A DNA stretch of 32,000 nucleotides. It comes from Nitrosospira multiformis ATCC 25196 (GTDB taxonomy: Bacteria > Pseudomonadota > Gammaproteobacteria > Burkholderiales > Nitrosomonadaceae). How positions within the stretch are numbered: the stretch's first letter is position 1; the number at the start of each line of letters is the position of its first letter. Shown in pieces: positions 10,179-20,200 of the stretch. The notes beneath the pieces are model-generated. The model made no database searches and was not told the DNA's origin. It saw nothing but the letters and a program-made list of their open reading frames with translations. Both the position numbers and the translations under genes were made by a program. The stretch covers positions 1,200,001 to 1,232,000 of the forward strand of contig NC_007614.1 in the NCBI RefSeq assembly GCF_000196355.1, written 5' to 3'.

Positions 10179-10942
10179 TACAGCCTCCTTTCGCCCGGTG
10201 CCGCTGCCGGGGAAATCAGCGGGGTAACCACCCGCAAGGAACGCTCGTCACCGGGAGCCCCGCCTGTTTTTGTTCCAACCGTGATCAGGACGAAAAGATC
10301 ATGGGCAAAGGCATCGAGTCGTGCCAGCCAGATGCGATTGCGCCGTCCAAATGTGTTATAGGCCAAAACCGCGGGAATTGCCACTGCCAGCCCGAGCGCT
10401 GTCATGATCAACGCTTCTCCCACGGGACCTGCTACCTTGTCCAGCGTTCCTTGGCCGGATAATCCAATCTGGATCAAGGCGTGATAGATGCCCCATACCG
10501 TGCCAAACAATCCGATATAGGGTGCCGCCGAACCCGCGGATGCGATCACGGTGAGACCATTTTCCACCTGTGCTGCTTCCTGGTCGAGACCATTGCGCAG
10601 TACGCGGGTGATGAATTCGCTCGCGCCCCCCGCTGCAGCGAGATTTTGCAATCCGTGTTTCTCCGAATCGGCGGCCGCGTTCATTGCCAATCGGGCAAGT
10701 TGCGCAAAGGCGTTGTCATCGGCGTCCTCTTTCAGCGTCGAATTTACTTCTTGCAACGACCCCGCGCTCCAGAAGCGCTTGAGAAAGGCGTCAGCCCGCT
10801 TTCCCGCCATGATATTGGAGATACCCTTGGTCAGGATGAGATACCAGCTTGCTACAGAGAGTGCAAGCAGCAGTATGAGCACCGTCATACCGACGCCGTC
10901 GAGCTGCGCCAGAAAATTTGAAAATCCGAGACCTGTTTGCAT
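10178..10942 (-). CDS. exbB: ExbB/MotA/TolQ-family proton channel protein
   Basis: VIASAGSAAPYIGLFGTVWGIYHALIQIG, GPVGEALIMTALGLAVAIPAVLAYNTFGR. The start is placed at the ATG at 10942 (MQTGLGFSNFLAQLDGVG), 5 nt after the tonB stop. Confidence 0.92.
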   Translation of the reverse strand: MQTGLGFSNFLAQLDGVGMTVLILLLALSVASWYLILTKGISNIMAGKRADAFLKRFWSAGSLQEVNSTLKEDADDNAFAQLARLAMNAAADSEKHGLQNLAAAGGASEFITRVLRNGLDQEAAQVENGLTVIASAGSAAPYIGLFGTVWGIYHALIQIGLSGQGTLDKVAGPVGEALIMTALGLAVAIPAVLAYNTFGRRNRIWLARLDAFAHDLFVLITVGTKTGGAPGDERSLRVVTPLISPAAAPGERRL

Positions 10943-10946
10943 TAGG

Positions 10947-11648
10947 TTAATCTCCTTGGAGTACAAAGTTGAAGGGTTGCAGGGCAACAGCCCGCACCGG
11001 TTGACCATTGCGTACGGTGGGTGTGCAGCGCCAGGTTTTGACAGCGGCCATGGCAGCTTCGTCCAACCGTTTGAAACCGCTGCTGTTCACTACGTGTGCC
11101 ACATCGACGTATCCTTTTTCATCCAGTTCCACTCTTAGCACGAGCTTTCCTTCTTCACCCAGCCGTTTCGAAAGTGCCGGGTAAGTCGGTGCATTCAAGT
11201 GGGGGCACGCGACTGATAATTCCGAGGAAAGTGAAACCGGACCAGCCGGCATTTGCGGCGCAGGAGCTGCTTCCACTACCGGTTCGGGTTCGGCTTCAGG
11301 CTCGGCTTCGAGTGCCGGTTCCGGCGGGGGAGGCGGGGCGACTGGCTCACTCTCGGACAATGGGGGCGCTTTTGCAACGAGTTGCTGCGGTTGCGGTTTC
11401 TTTACAGGTTTAGGCTTGGGCTTGGGCGGAGGAGGTGGCGTTTCAGGCTTGGCCTCTTCCTTCGGCTGGGGCGAAGGAATGAAATTTACCATCAGTGTCG
11501 CTAATTGTTCCGGCGGGGGAATCAACTGTTGCTTGAACAGGAAATAAAGCAATCCGGCGTGGATCACAACGACGAACACCAGGCCAGACAAGGATATGCT
11601 GCTGTGCTTGAAGGTCATTGCCTGCCCTGCGGTCTCAATACTTTCCAT
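10947..11648 (-). CDS. tonB: TonB-family energy transducer
   Basis: N-terminal TM anchor FKHSSISLSGLVFVVVIHAGLLYFLF, Pro-rich PPPPPKPKPKPVKKPQPQ and EAEPEPVVEAAP spacer, C-terminal TonB domain YPALSKRLGEEGKLVLRVELDEKGYVDVAHVVNSSGFKRLDEAAMAAVKTWRCTP. Start is either 11648 (MESIETAG) or 11618 (MTFKHS). Confidence 0.92.
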   Translation of the reverse strand: MESIETAGQAMTFKHSSISLSGLVFVVVIHAGLLYFLFKQQLIPPPEQLATLMVNFIPSPQPKEEAKPETPPPPPKPKPKPVKKPQPQQLVAKAPPLSESEPVAPPPPPEPALEAEPEAEPEPVVEAAPAPQMPAGPVSLSSELSVACPHLNAPTYPALSKRLGEEGKLVLRVELDEKGYVDVAHVVNSSGFKRLDEAAMAAVKTWRCTPTVRNGQPVRAVALQPFNFVLQGD

Positions 11649-12216
11649 TCTGCTTTCCGTTCGCGGTATCGACGGCATTTCGCGCCAGCCATTCCTCGAC
11701 GAGCGACTTGTTGATCAGGCCCATCTTGACCGTGCGCTGGTGTTTCTGATCATAGAAATAGGTCCGCGGCACTTCGCCGTACCAGCGGCCATCGATTTCC
11801 TGGCGCAGGCGTTCCGGCATATCCTCTGCGAAAACCCATTGTTCGAATTTGGCCGTTCCATAGTTTCCCGCCCGGTCGGCGAGTTGAGGCATATCATCGA
11901 CCGTGTCGGTAGCAATCAGTACCACATCCAGCCCGGGGTGACTCTTTTCAAGCTCGCTTAGCATTTTGAGTTCGGTGGGGCAATACTGGCAGTCGAGAGA
12001 CCAGAGGACGAGGATGAAAGGTTTGTTCGCCCGGGATGCAAGCACCTGCTTGAGACTCCCCGATGTAAAAGGGCGAATACTTTCCGCTGCGGCGACAATG
12101 TCGACAGCACCGAGGAAGAACATCAGTACGAGTGCCATCCGAAGTACAAGACTGCCGTAACTACCTGCCGGACGGTGGAGGGCCGGGGCAGACGGGAATT
12201 TCAGAGTACTGGGCAT
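11635..12216 (-). CDS. Secreted/periplasmic thioredoxin-like (TlpA-type) protein
   Basis: 193 aa with an N-terminal hydrophobic segment, KPFILVLWSLDCQYCPTELKMLSELEKSHPGLDVVLIATD (CxxC = CQYC), and VPRTYFYDQKHQRTVKMG. First gene of the tonB-exbB-exbD cluster. A downstream start at about 12138 (MALVLMFFLGAV) is also possible. Confidence 0.78.
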   Translation of the reverse strand: MPSTLKFPSAPALHRPAGSYGSLVLRMALVLMFFLGAVDIVAAAESIRPFTSGSLKQVLASRANKPFILVLWSLDCQYCPTELKMLSELEKSHPGLDVVLIATDTVDDMPQLADRAGNYGTAKFEQWVFAEDMPERLRQEIDGRWYGEVPRTYFYDQKHQRTVKMGLINKSLVEEWLARNAVDTANGKQNGKY

Positions 12217-12234
12217 TGGTGGTAATGTAAATCT

Positions 12235-12255
12235 AATTAAGAATCACTTGCAATT
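12235..12255 (-). promoter_or_regulatory. Putative Fur-box-like site upstream of the thioredoxin-like/tonB/exbB/exbD cluster
   Basis: The minus strand reads AATTGCAAGTGATTCTTAATT, resembling proteobacterial Fur boxes of the type TTGCAAATGATTCTCATT. It lies 19-39 nt upstream of the 12216 start codon. Judged by eye; no matrix score was computed. Confidence 0.45.
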
Positions 12256-12703
12256 CAAGGCGGGATTGTACCACTAACAGTCGGCCGCACAAATATTCGA
12301 ATGCAGTTTCAGAATTTTTTGGTCAACTTTTTTCAACTTTGGAAAGGAATTTTCCATATCTCCGACGATCCCGCATCCATGATAGGCAGGAAAAAGCATT
12401 ATCGCAATGTGACAAATTGTCGCAGGAGCAGAAGATAGTTCCTCCGAAAAACTTCCTTAGACTCGAGTCCGATCCCGGGCTTCTTGCGATACGATATGGA
12501 GCATGAGATCATGAAGATTATATTTCTGCATACCTTGCTCAAGCCGATCCCTTGAGGGGCATACGAATAAACTCCTGCTGGAATAAACTTCCCCTGGCAT
12601 TACCTGCTTTGTTAAAACAACTATAGTAACCCGTCAAAAGTTTGATAACATTGCCGCCGGTGAGTTTGCTCCTGTTCTTTCATCTTCCAAGAGGCGAATC
12701 GTC

Positions 12704-13279
12704 CTGGCTACAAAACAGGAATTTTCGAATTTTCTGGCTGAAATCGAACGGCGCGCCTACAAGCAAGCTTTGTTTGCCATACGCGATGAACATCTTGCCC
12801 TGGATATTGTTCAGGATTCGATGATGAAGCTTGTCGAGAAGTATTCGGCCAAACCGCTGGAAGAATTACCTCTCCTGTTTCAACGCATCCTGCAAAATAC
12901 CATCCGGGATTTTTATCGTCGACAGAAAACGCGTTCACTGTGGACGACGCTGTTTTCAGCATTCATTCCTTCCGATCATGAAAAGGAAAGCGAAGATTTC
13001 GATCTGCTGGAAACTTTGCAATCCGACCCGTCATCATCTAAGGTTAATGACCCCCACCAACAACTCGAACAGTCGCAACTTATCAATCTGCTCGAGAGGG
13101 CTATTGAAACCCTGCCAGCACGTCAACGCGAGGCTTTTCTACTGCGTTACTGGGAGGAAATGGATGTTATGGAAACTGCAAAAATCATGGGGTGCTCCGA
13201 GGGGAGTGTGAAAACGCACTGTTCCCGTGCAACTCATACACTTGCCGCAATGTTGAAAAAACATGGAATTGGGCTATGA
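12704..13279 (+). CDS. ECF-type/sigma-70-family RNA polymerase sigma factor, proposed CTG start
   Basis: From CTG at 12704: (M)ATKQEFSNFLAEIERRAYKQALFAIRDEHLALDIVQDSMMKLVEKYS...IRDFYRRQK...(sigma4) LPARQREAFLLRYWEEMDVMETAKIMGCSEGSVKTHCSRATHTLAAML. SD-like AAGAGG lies upstream. The ORF track begins only at an internal TTG (12770), inside sigma region 2. Confidence 0.85.
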   Translation: MATKQEFSNFLAEIERRAYKQALFAIRDEHLALDIVQDSMMKLVEKYSAKPLEELPLLFQRILQNTIRDFYRRQKTRSLWTTLFSAFIPSDHEKESEDFDLLETLQSDPSSSKVNDPHQQLEQSQLINLLERAIETLPARQREAFLLRYWEEMDVMETAKIMGCSEGSVKTHCSRATHTLAAMLKKHGIGL

Positions 13280-13653
13280 GTGAAACTGATGTAGGGAGGG
13301 GAGTAGCGCGGTTGCTGGATCGCGGACTCGATGACCTCAAGCAGGGTACATTGAATCGTCTTCAGTCTGCGCGCAGGGCTTCTCTGGAAAATTACCATGT
13401 GGCGGAAACAGTCGTCCAGCTTGGCCGGAGCGGGCAGGTCGTTTCATCGCGAGGGGGGCATCATGGTCATTCGCGAGTTGGCAAGTTGTTATCGGTGATA
13501 ACATTATTGCTGGCTTTGGCGGGTGCCATTTATTGGCAGAATTTGCAGCAGAGTGATGAGAATGAGGAAATCGAGATAATGCTGCTCGTGGATGATCTGC
13601 CGATAGATGCCTATCTGGACGATGAGTTCGGTGAATGGTTAAATCAGTCATAG
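13276..13653 (+). CDS. DUF3619-like small membrane protein
   Basis: MSETDVGRGVARLLDRGLDDLKQGTLNRLQSARRASLENY...LLSVITLLLALAGAIYWQN...EIEIMLLVDDLPIDAYLDDEFGEWLNQS. ATGA overlap with the sigma factor stop. The family name is from memory of typical betaproteobacterial neighbourhoods. Confidence 0.7.
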   Translation: MSETDVGRGVARLLDRGLDDLKQGTLNRLQSARRASLENYHVAETVVQLGRSGQVVSSRGGHHGHSRVGKLLSVITLLLALAGAIYWQNLQQSDENEEIEIMLLVDDLPIDAYLDDEFGEWLNQS

Positions 13654-14000
13654 CCATCACCTCGGCGCTGTATCTGTTACTTTCGGTCCCGGTTGAAGCA
13701 GGTCAACCTGCCTGGGAAGAATTGAAGCCGCAGCAAAAAGAGGCTTTGGCTCCGCTCGCACAGGAGTGGAACGGGATGGACCCTGCCAAGAAGAAGAAAT
13801 GGCTGGGTATTGCCAAACGCTATCCGCATATGACACCCGAGGAGCAGCACCGGACCCAATTGCAGATGCGGGACTGGTATTCGCTGACTCCCGAACAGCG
13901 GGAGCTGGTACGTGAAAAGTATAAAACCATCAAGAAATTACCGCCGGAAAAGCGCCAGGAAATAAAGCGCAAATGGCGTGAGCATGAGCACCAGCAATGA
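13635..14000 (+). CDS. DUF3106-like periplasmic protein
   Basis: 121 aa. Signal peptide, then QPAWEELKPQQKEALAPLAQEWNGMDPAKKKKWLGIAKRYPHMTPEEQHRTQLQMRDWYSLTPEQRELVREKYKTIKKLPPEKRQEIKRKW. Overlaps the end of the previous gene by 19 nt. Confidence 0.75.
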   Translation: MVKSVIAITSALYLLLSVPVEAGQPAWEELKPQQKEALAPLAQEWNGMDPAKKKKWLGIAKRYPHMTPEEQHRTQLQMRDWYSLTPEQRELVREKYKTIKKLPPEKRQEIKRKWREHEHQQ

Positions 14001-14137
14001 AGCATCCTACTATAGCAGCCGGTTCAAAAGACAGGCGCCCTCGGGTCTTCTGAGTTCTGGTTGCTTTCTGTTTTTTTCCAATACTGTACTGCAATAAGAC
14101 CAATACGAAAGCTTTTCTGAATGAAATTCCCGATACC

Positions 14138-14554
14138 ATGAAAATTTCCGCGCCGGGGCTGGGGCGGAGATTACTGAGTATGTTGTACGAATCGCTGATT
14201 CTGGTTGCAGTTCTGTTTGTCGCCAGTTTCGTTTTTCATCTTGTTTTCCGGGATACCAGTTCCGTTTTTTTTCGACCCGCATTCCAGCTTTATCTGCTCG
14301 TGGTTGCAGGTATTTATTTCACCTGGTTCTGGACTCACGGTGGACAAACATTGCCCATGCAAACCTGGAAGCTTCGTGTAATCAGTGCCGATGGAAGCCG
14401 CCTTAATTTGAAGCAGGCGTTTGCACGTTATCTGTTTGCCGTCATCGGCATCTTTTTGCTCGGTTGCGGAATATTATGGGCATTATTCGACCGGGATGGA
14501 TTGTTCCTGCATGATCGGCTTGCGGGTACCCGGATCGTGAAGATCGAGCAGTAA
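14138..14554 (+). CDS. RDD-family membrane protein
   Basis: 138 aa. APGLGRRLLSMLYESLILVAVLFVASFVFHLVF...YFTWFWTHGGQTLPMQTWKLRVISADG. Confidence 0.85.
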   Translation: MKISAPGLGRRLLSMLYESLILVAVLFVASFVFHLVFRDTSSVFFRPAFQLYLLVVAGIYFTWFWTHGGQTLPMQTWKLRVISADGSRLNLKQAFARYLFAVIGIFLLGCGILWALFDRDGLFLHDRLAGTRIVKIEQ

Positions 14555-14654
14555 GAAACCTGACGGGAACGTATAGGGGGCGCTCGTCATCTTGCCGTGA
14601 AACCCCCGCTTCAAATCGGCTGCTTCAATGGCTGATAGGGAATACTGCCCGAGG

Positions 14655-16115
14655 CTACGCTGTTCCTCCCACCGTCAGTCCATCTATGCGAAGGGTGGGT
14701 TGACCCACGCCTACGGGCACGCTCTGGCCTTCCTTGCCACACGTCCCGACCCCGGGATCAAGCGACAGATCGTTGCCGATCATCGAAACGCGGGTGAGTA
14801 TATCAGGACCATTGCCAATGAGAGTGGCGCCCTTCACCGGATACGAAATTTTTCCATTTTCGATCATGTAGGCTTCCGCAGCCGAAAATACGAATTTTCC
14901 GCTGGTGATATCTACCTGTCCCCCGCCGAAATTGACCGCATATAATCCGTGCTTCACGGAAGCGATGATTTCTTCCGGAGTTTTGTCCCCATTCAGCATA
15001 TAAGTATTCGTCATGCGCGGCATGGGAATGTGCGCAAATGATTCGCGTCTTGCATTTCCTGTGACGGGAACGTTCATCAGCCGTGCATTCAGGCTGTCCT
15101 GCAAATAACCCTTGAGTATTCCGTTTTCGATCAGCATTGTGCACTGGGTGGGGTTCCCTTCGTCATCGACGTTGAGCGAGCCCCGCCGGCGTGCAATAGT
15201 GCCATCATCCACCACCGTCACTCCCGGTGCAGCCACGCGTTCGCCGATTCGACCCGCAAATGCGGAACTCCCTTTGCGGTTGAAGTCTCCTTCCAACCCG
15301 TGGCCAATGGCCTCATGCAACAGTATTCCCGGCCAACCCGAACCGAGCACCACAGTCATGGTTCCGGCAGGCGCCGGTTTTGCATGCAGGTTGACAACCG
15401 CTTGGTGAACCGCTTTTGCAGCATAGTCGCGCAGCACGTCATCCGTGAAGTATGCATAGTCGAAGCGTCCTCCTCCTCCTGCAACTCCTTGCTCACGGTT
15501 GCCGTTTTCCTCGGCAATAACCTGCAATGAGAGACGCACAAGCGGGCGCACATCGGCTGCCAGAAGACCATCACTGCGGGCAACGAGAACCACTTCGTAT
15601 TCCCCTGAGAGGGAAGCCATGACTTGGATAACACGTTTGTCCAGCGCCCGCGCATAACTTTCGAGCTTTTCGAGCAAAGCCACCTTGTCCGTATCCTTGA
15701 GGCTGGCAATCGGGTCTTCAGGCAGATAAAGCTCCCGCCCCTTGCTGCGTTTGACAACTTGCACCGATTGCGTGACGCCATGGCGAGCGATGGCTCGCGT
15801 AGCCTGTGCGGCAGACACCAGCGCAGGCATGCTGATGTCGTCCGAATACGCAAAGGCGGTCTTATCTCCGCTGACTGCGCGTACACCCACGCCTTGATCG
15901 ATATTAAAGCTGCCGGATTTGACTATGCCTTCTTCCAGAGCCCAGCCCTCGGCTCGGCTATACTGAAAATACAGGTCGGCATAATCGATGCGGTGCGCAA
16001 GCAGCTGGCCGAACACGTTCTGTAACCCGGTTGCATCCAGTTCATGAGGTGCAAGCAGACAATTGTTGGCCGTCGCGAAAAGATCGTTAACCTGGATAGT
16101 CTGTTCTGTAATCAT
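14655..16115 (-). CDS. tldD: TldD metalloprotease
   Basis: [26 protein letters not shown] (HExxxH), [75 protein letters not shown]-like C-terminus. Start placed at [13 protein letters not shown] (16115), not the track start at 16160. Confidence 0.95.
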   Translation of the reverse strand: MITEQTIQVNDLFATANNCLLAPHELDATGLQNVFGQLLAHRIDYADLYFQYSRAEGWALEEGIVKSGSFNIDQGVGVRAVSGDKTAFAYSDDISMPALVSAAQATRAIARHGVTQSVQVVKRSKGRELYLPEDPIASLKDTDKVALLEKLESYARALDKRVIQVMASLSGEYEVVLVARSDGLLAADVRPLVRLSLQVIAEENGNREQGVAGGGGRFDYAYFTDDVLRDYAAKAVHQAVVNLHAKPAPAGTMTVVLGSGWPGILLHEAIGHGLEGDFNRKGSSAFAGRIGERVAAPGVTVVDDGTIARRRGSLNVDDEGNPTQCTMLIENGILKGYLQDSLNARLMNVPVTGNARRESFAHIPMPRMTNTYMLNGDKTPEEIIASVKHGLYAVNFGGGQVDITSGKFVFSAAEAYMIENGKISYPVKGATLIGNGPDILTRVSMIGNDLSLDPGVGTCGKEGQSVPVGVGQPTLRIDGLTVGGTA

Positions 16116-16156
16116 GGTAGTTAGTGGGGGAGAAGGAGAACAAGGTTCAACGGAAT

Positions 16157-17017
16157 TCAAAAGTAACGCAGCGTGCGGTGATTCAAGGCGGGCAGGCTGC
16201 TGCGCAAGCTCGCCTGATATTCAGGATCAATATCCGCGATGACAACTCCGGGTCCGCGCGGGAGGCGGTCCAGCACCACGCCCCAGGGATCGACTATCAT
16301 GCTGTCCCCATGGGTTTCCCGCCCATTGATATGGTATCCACCCTGAGCAGGCGCAACGACGTATGCCAGATTTTCGATGGCCCGGGCACGAATCAAGGTT
16401 TCCCAATGCGCCTTGCCCGTCGTGGCGGTGAAAGCCGCCGGGGCGAAGATAATGTCTACCTGCCCCATGGAACGGTAAAGCTCGGGAAAGCGGATATCGT
16501 AGCAGATGGAAAGTCCGATGCGGCCAAAGGGGGATTCCAGGGCAACGACACCCTGGCCTGCCTCGATGGTTTCTTCTTCGGCATAGCGTTCAGTTCCCAG
16601 CTCCAGGCCGAACAAATGTATTTTGTCGTACCGTGCGACCTGCTCACCGTTGTCGTTGTATACCAGGCAACTGTTTCGCACCTTGTCAGGCCGGGAAGAA
16701 ACCAGGGGTACTGAACCGCCTACCAGCCATATGCCGAGACGCTTGGCAGTATTGCCCAGGAATTCCTGTATCGGCCCCTGATTATCCTGCTCACGGGCCG
16801 CTACTCTATCGGCATCCTCCATTCCCATCAGGCAGAAATACTCGGGGAGCGCCGCCAGCTTCGCGCCGCGTGATGCAGCAATATCCAGAAGCCGTCCGGC
16901 TTCTTCCAGATTGGCGTAGATATTCGGGCCTGCCGCCATCTGAATGGCCGCAACACGAACCGGGCCCGTGGGAACTGTTTCAGGAGGCAGTGAGTTACAG
17001 GCTAGGGAGTCTTGCAT
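16157..17017 (-). CDS. Carbon-nitrogen hydrolase (nitrilase superfamily; omega-amidase/deaminated-glutathione-amidase-like)
   Basis: 286 aa. [31 protein letters not shown] (Glu), YDKIHLFG (Lys), [15 protein letters not shown] (Cys). Adjacent to tldD. Confidence 0.93.
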   Translation of the reverse strand: MQDSLACNSLPPETVPTGPVRVAAIQMAAGPNIYANLEEAGRLLDIAASRGAKLAALPEYFCLMGMEDADRVAAREQDNQGPIQEFLGNTAKRLGIWLVGGSVPLVSSRPDKVRNSCLVYNDNGEQVARYDKIHLFGLELGTERYAEEETIEAGQGVVALESPFGRIGLSICYDIRFPELYRSMGQVDIIFAPAAFTATTGKAHWETLIRARAIENLAYVVAPAQGGYHINGRETHGDSMIVDPWGVVLDRLPRGPGVVIADIDPEYQASLRSSLPALNHRTLRYF

Positions 17018-17238
17018 ATTTGAGGTGTATTTTTCGGGGAGCGGAGAATACAGGGTAACTTAAAAGATTGTCTTTATAAAGTATTGTGGTTGATACCGAA
17101 TCCGACATTGGCCACAGATCGCTCACGGGCGCGAAACAAGCATTAACAGACCCCACGCATACGTTGGTGGCGAGCGCAGTATAACGGGCGTGATCAGTCA
17201 ATGCGTGCTGCCAAAGACCTCATGCGAGGAGACTCTGG

Positions 17239-20200
17239 TCAGGGTTGAGGCTCCGCTAGTTCCTGGGCCGGCTGCCCTATCCGGGTTACGACAGGATCTG
17301 CCCAGGTGCCGGTAATGTTGTAGTCTCTTGATGGAGCAGGTGTTTTCTTCATGGCTGTGCTTGCAATCACCGATGCCATCCCCACTACGGGGGAGGCAAG
17401 TCCATAGGAAGGGGTCACCCTGATGTGAAGTTTTTGCGTTTCCGCTTCGAGATTCATCTGTCCATTCATTGTAACCCTTGCAGCCGGCCCGTTTATTTTA
17501 AGCTCATCGGTCGATGCAATGCCACTCGCGATATTTATGCTGCCGGAAATGTCGTCAAATCCGAAACCTTCACTGAACACATCGCGAAAGTCCAGCGTGA
17601 TCCTCCGCGGTAGTGAACGGAGATTGAAAATGCCGAAGAGCCTGCCGATTCCGGGCTCAAACCTGGGAAATTGTCCGCGTCTTGCACCAAGCTTGAACCT
17701 GCCGGACAAGGTGGAGTAATCTATCGATAGGGGATCCCCCTGCCAGGACAGGATGCCCTCGAGCGTACCGCTTCCACTGGTTACGCGATCAGGAAGGGCG
17801 AGCCGCTCAAGGAATTTCCCAATGTCATCTGTTTCCAGCATGACTGTGGCCTGCGTCTGTGGAGTCGGAACCCGGTTTTTCCATAGTCCTCGCATTTTTA
17901 TCGAACTGTCGGGGTTGACAATGTGCAGTTTGTCGATATACCAGTTCCGTTCTTCCTGATTTGCAACCAGTTCCAGCTTCCCCAGCTGTTTCTCGCCAAA
18001 AACAAAGTCATCCACGATTACATCGAGCGCCGGCAGATCCTTTTCCTGTTGCCTGCTTCTGGATACCGTGCCTGGGCCGGAAGGAGGGTTTGCAGGAATG
18101 ATCAGCCTGTTCAATCGCGCCACTATCTTGCCGGTACCGGATGGATTCCAGGTAATGCCTCCATTGACCTCCTCGCTTGTGATCCTGCAATACCACAGGC
18201 CGTCTTTTCTATTGGCATCCAGTGTGACATCATCGAACTGCCTGCCCAGAAAGCCAAGCGATTCTATATACAGGTTTAAGCCATTCAAACTGAAAGGGGC
18301 GGCGGGTTGGATTTCGAATTGCTTGAGCAAGAGGCGCCAACGGTCGAGATTCAATACGGGCAATGCACCCTTTATCACGATACCCGGCTCTTCAGGGAGA
18401 AAAACGGGTGAGGGACCGAAAACGATGGAACCACGTTCCACATGAAAATGACCGGAATCGTCACGGGTGCGGCTAATCTTTGCCTTGATGCGCTCGCCAT
18501 AGCTCAGATGCAGTTCCTCGCTCTGCGTACCCGTCGCCTTTCCTTCGAATTTCACTGGTATTGCATCATGCGCCGCCTTCGACAAAGGCTCGGGCAGATC
18601 CGAGGAAATTCCCTCCAATGATGATTCAACGCTCACATCTGTGGACCGGTTGCCTACGAGCACGGCTGCTCGCCAATCGCCGCTGCCGTGTATATGTCTG
18701 GTCCAGAAAGGGATATCGCGTGACCCGGTGGGTTGCGAAATGGCATTCAGGTTATCGAAGTCGACCTTTCCGATAGCGGAAAAACGTACGCCACCGCCTG
18801 GCATATCAGTGGAACTGATCAGCACGGGGCCGCCGAGAAGACGGCCGCTCAGGTTTTTCGTTCTTATTTCAGAATCGGTAAAGGTCAACGTGCCATTCAA
18901 TTGCTCCAGCTCGGGAATATATGAGGAGCTCGGGGCGATCCGGTTGTTCATGAATTGGTAGCGACCCCACAGTCTAGTTTCCCCTGGGCCGCGCAGTGGA
19001 GTATCAAGTTTGAGCAGCAATCTCCCGTCGCCAAAAATACGGGTATTCTCCATCAGCCAGTTATCGTAGGTGTCCGGTGTTTTTGCGGCAGCGAATGCCA
19101 GAAACTGACGAGTGGCGCCGGTCGCTTCCAGTTCGGTTTTGAGCCTAGCCTCGGTGGCAGTCATGTCAGGAATGATCAATCTTGCCTTCCCAAGGCGCGC
19201 CCCAAGAATATCTCCTTTGGAAACATTGATCTCCATGCGTTTATCGTTAAGACGCACTGTTCCGGCGAGATTCTCTATTCGCGGCCAGCCGGGGAGGGGA
19301 TCGAGCAACATGCCCGATATCTTTGCGGCAAATTCGAAGACACCGGGATTGCTTGAAACAAAGGGAGGTCGAGCCAGATTTCCCTTTAGGTGAAACCAGC
19401 CATTCGAAATACTCCCTGCAACAATGGATTCACCCAGCCAATCAGGAAGATACTCCCTCCCTTTTCCTTTCGCCGGCAGGAGACGCAGCAGAGAAGGTAT
19501 ATCGGCGCGCGTGAGATGAGTTGTCAAGTCGAGGATACCCGGGCTGGCGGGCGCTGTCTGGTAATTTCCATAGGCTGACCCGGCTGCGTACGCGCTGGAG
19601 AAGGAGATATTGCTGAATTTTACCAACTTTGAACCGTTGCTGGTCAGATTCCATCTTATCTGTCCAGCAAGTGTATTCAGTGTTACCGGTTCAATCGTTG
19701 GATCCGGTAGTTGCAGCACCGTGTTTTGGGAATCCAGATTCAGCGTGCCTCCCTGTTCGGTAATATGAATATTCCCGCTGACGCCAGTGAAGGCAGGCAT
19801 GCCATCGGACCTTTTCATTCCCAGTTTGGTAAATCTTCCAGTGGCATGGAAAGAAGAAGGCTCCGCCCATTCCCCCGTCCATTTTATCAACACCGAATGC
19901 AGTTTACCGCGGGGAGAAACAGCGCGGATTTTAGCCCGGAGCGGCTCACTCATCGGCAGGTATTTCGCCAACTCCTCCAGTTTATCCAGTCTCAGATTCT
20001 GGACGCTCAATGTGTTGCTATCCGGTTGGCTGGCATCGTGGTGAAGCTGCTGGAACGAAAAATCCAGCAAAGGCAAAGGCGGTTTGCCATAAAACGCGGC
20101 ATCGAGCCGACGGGCAAAAAATTGACTGCCGTTGCTGCCGTTGTCCTCCACCTTGTGCCATCCTACCCTGCCTGCCAGCCTGGTGAGGCTCACTTCCGGC

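Noticed and set aside
11253-11504. Repetitive Pro/Lys/Glu-coding tract
   Set aside because: This is the normal proline-rich periplasmic spacer of TonB, not a separate repeat element.
14576-14607. GGGGG...CCCCC arms between convergent RDD and tldD genes as a terminator
   Set aside because: Only a 5-bp stem with a loop over 20 nt and no T-run. Too weak to call.
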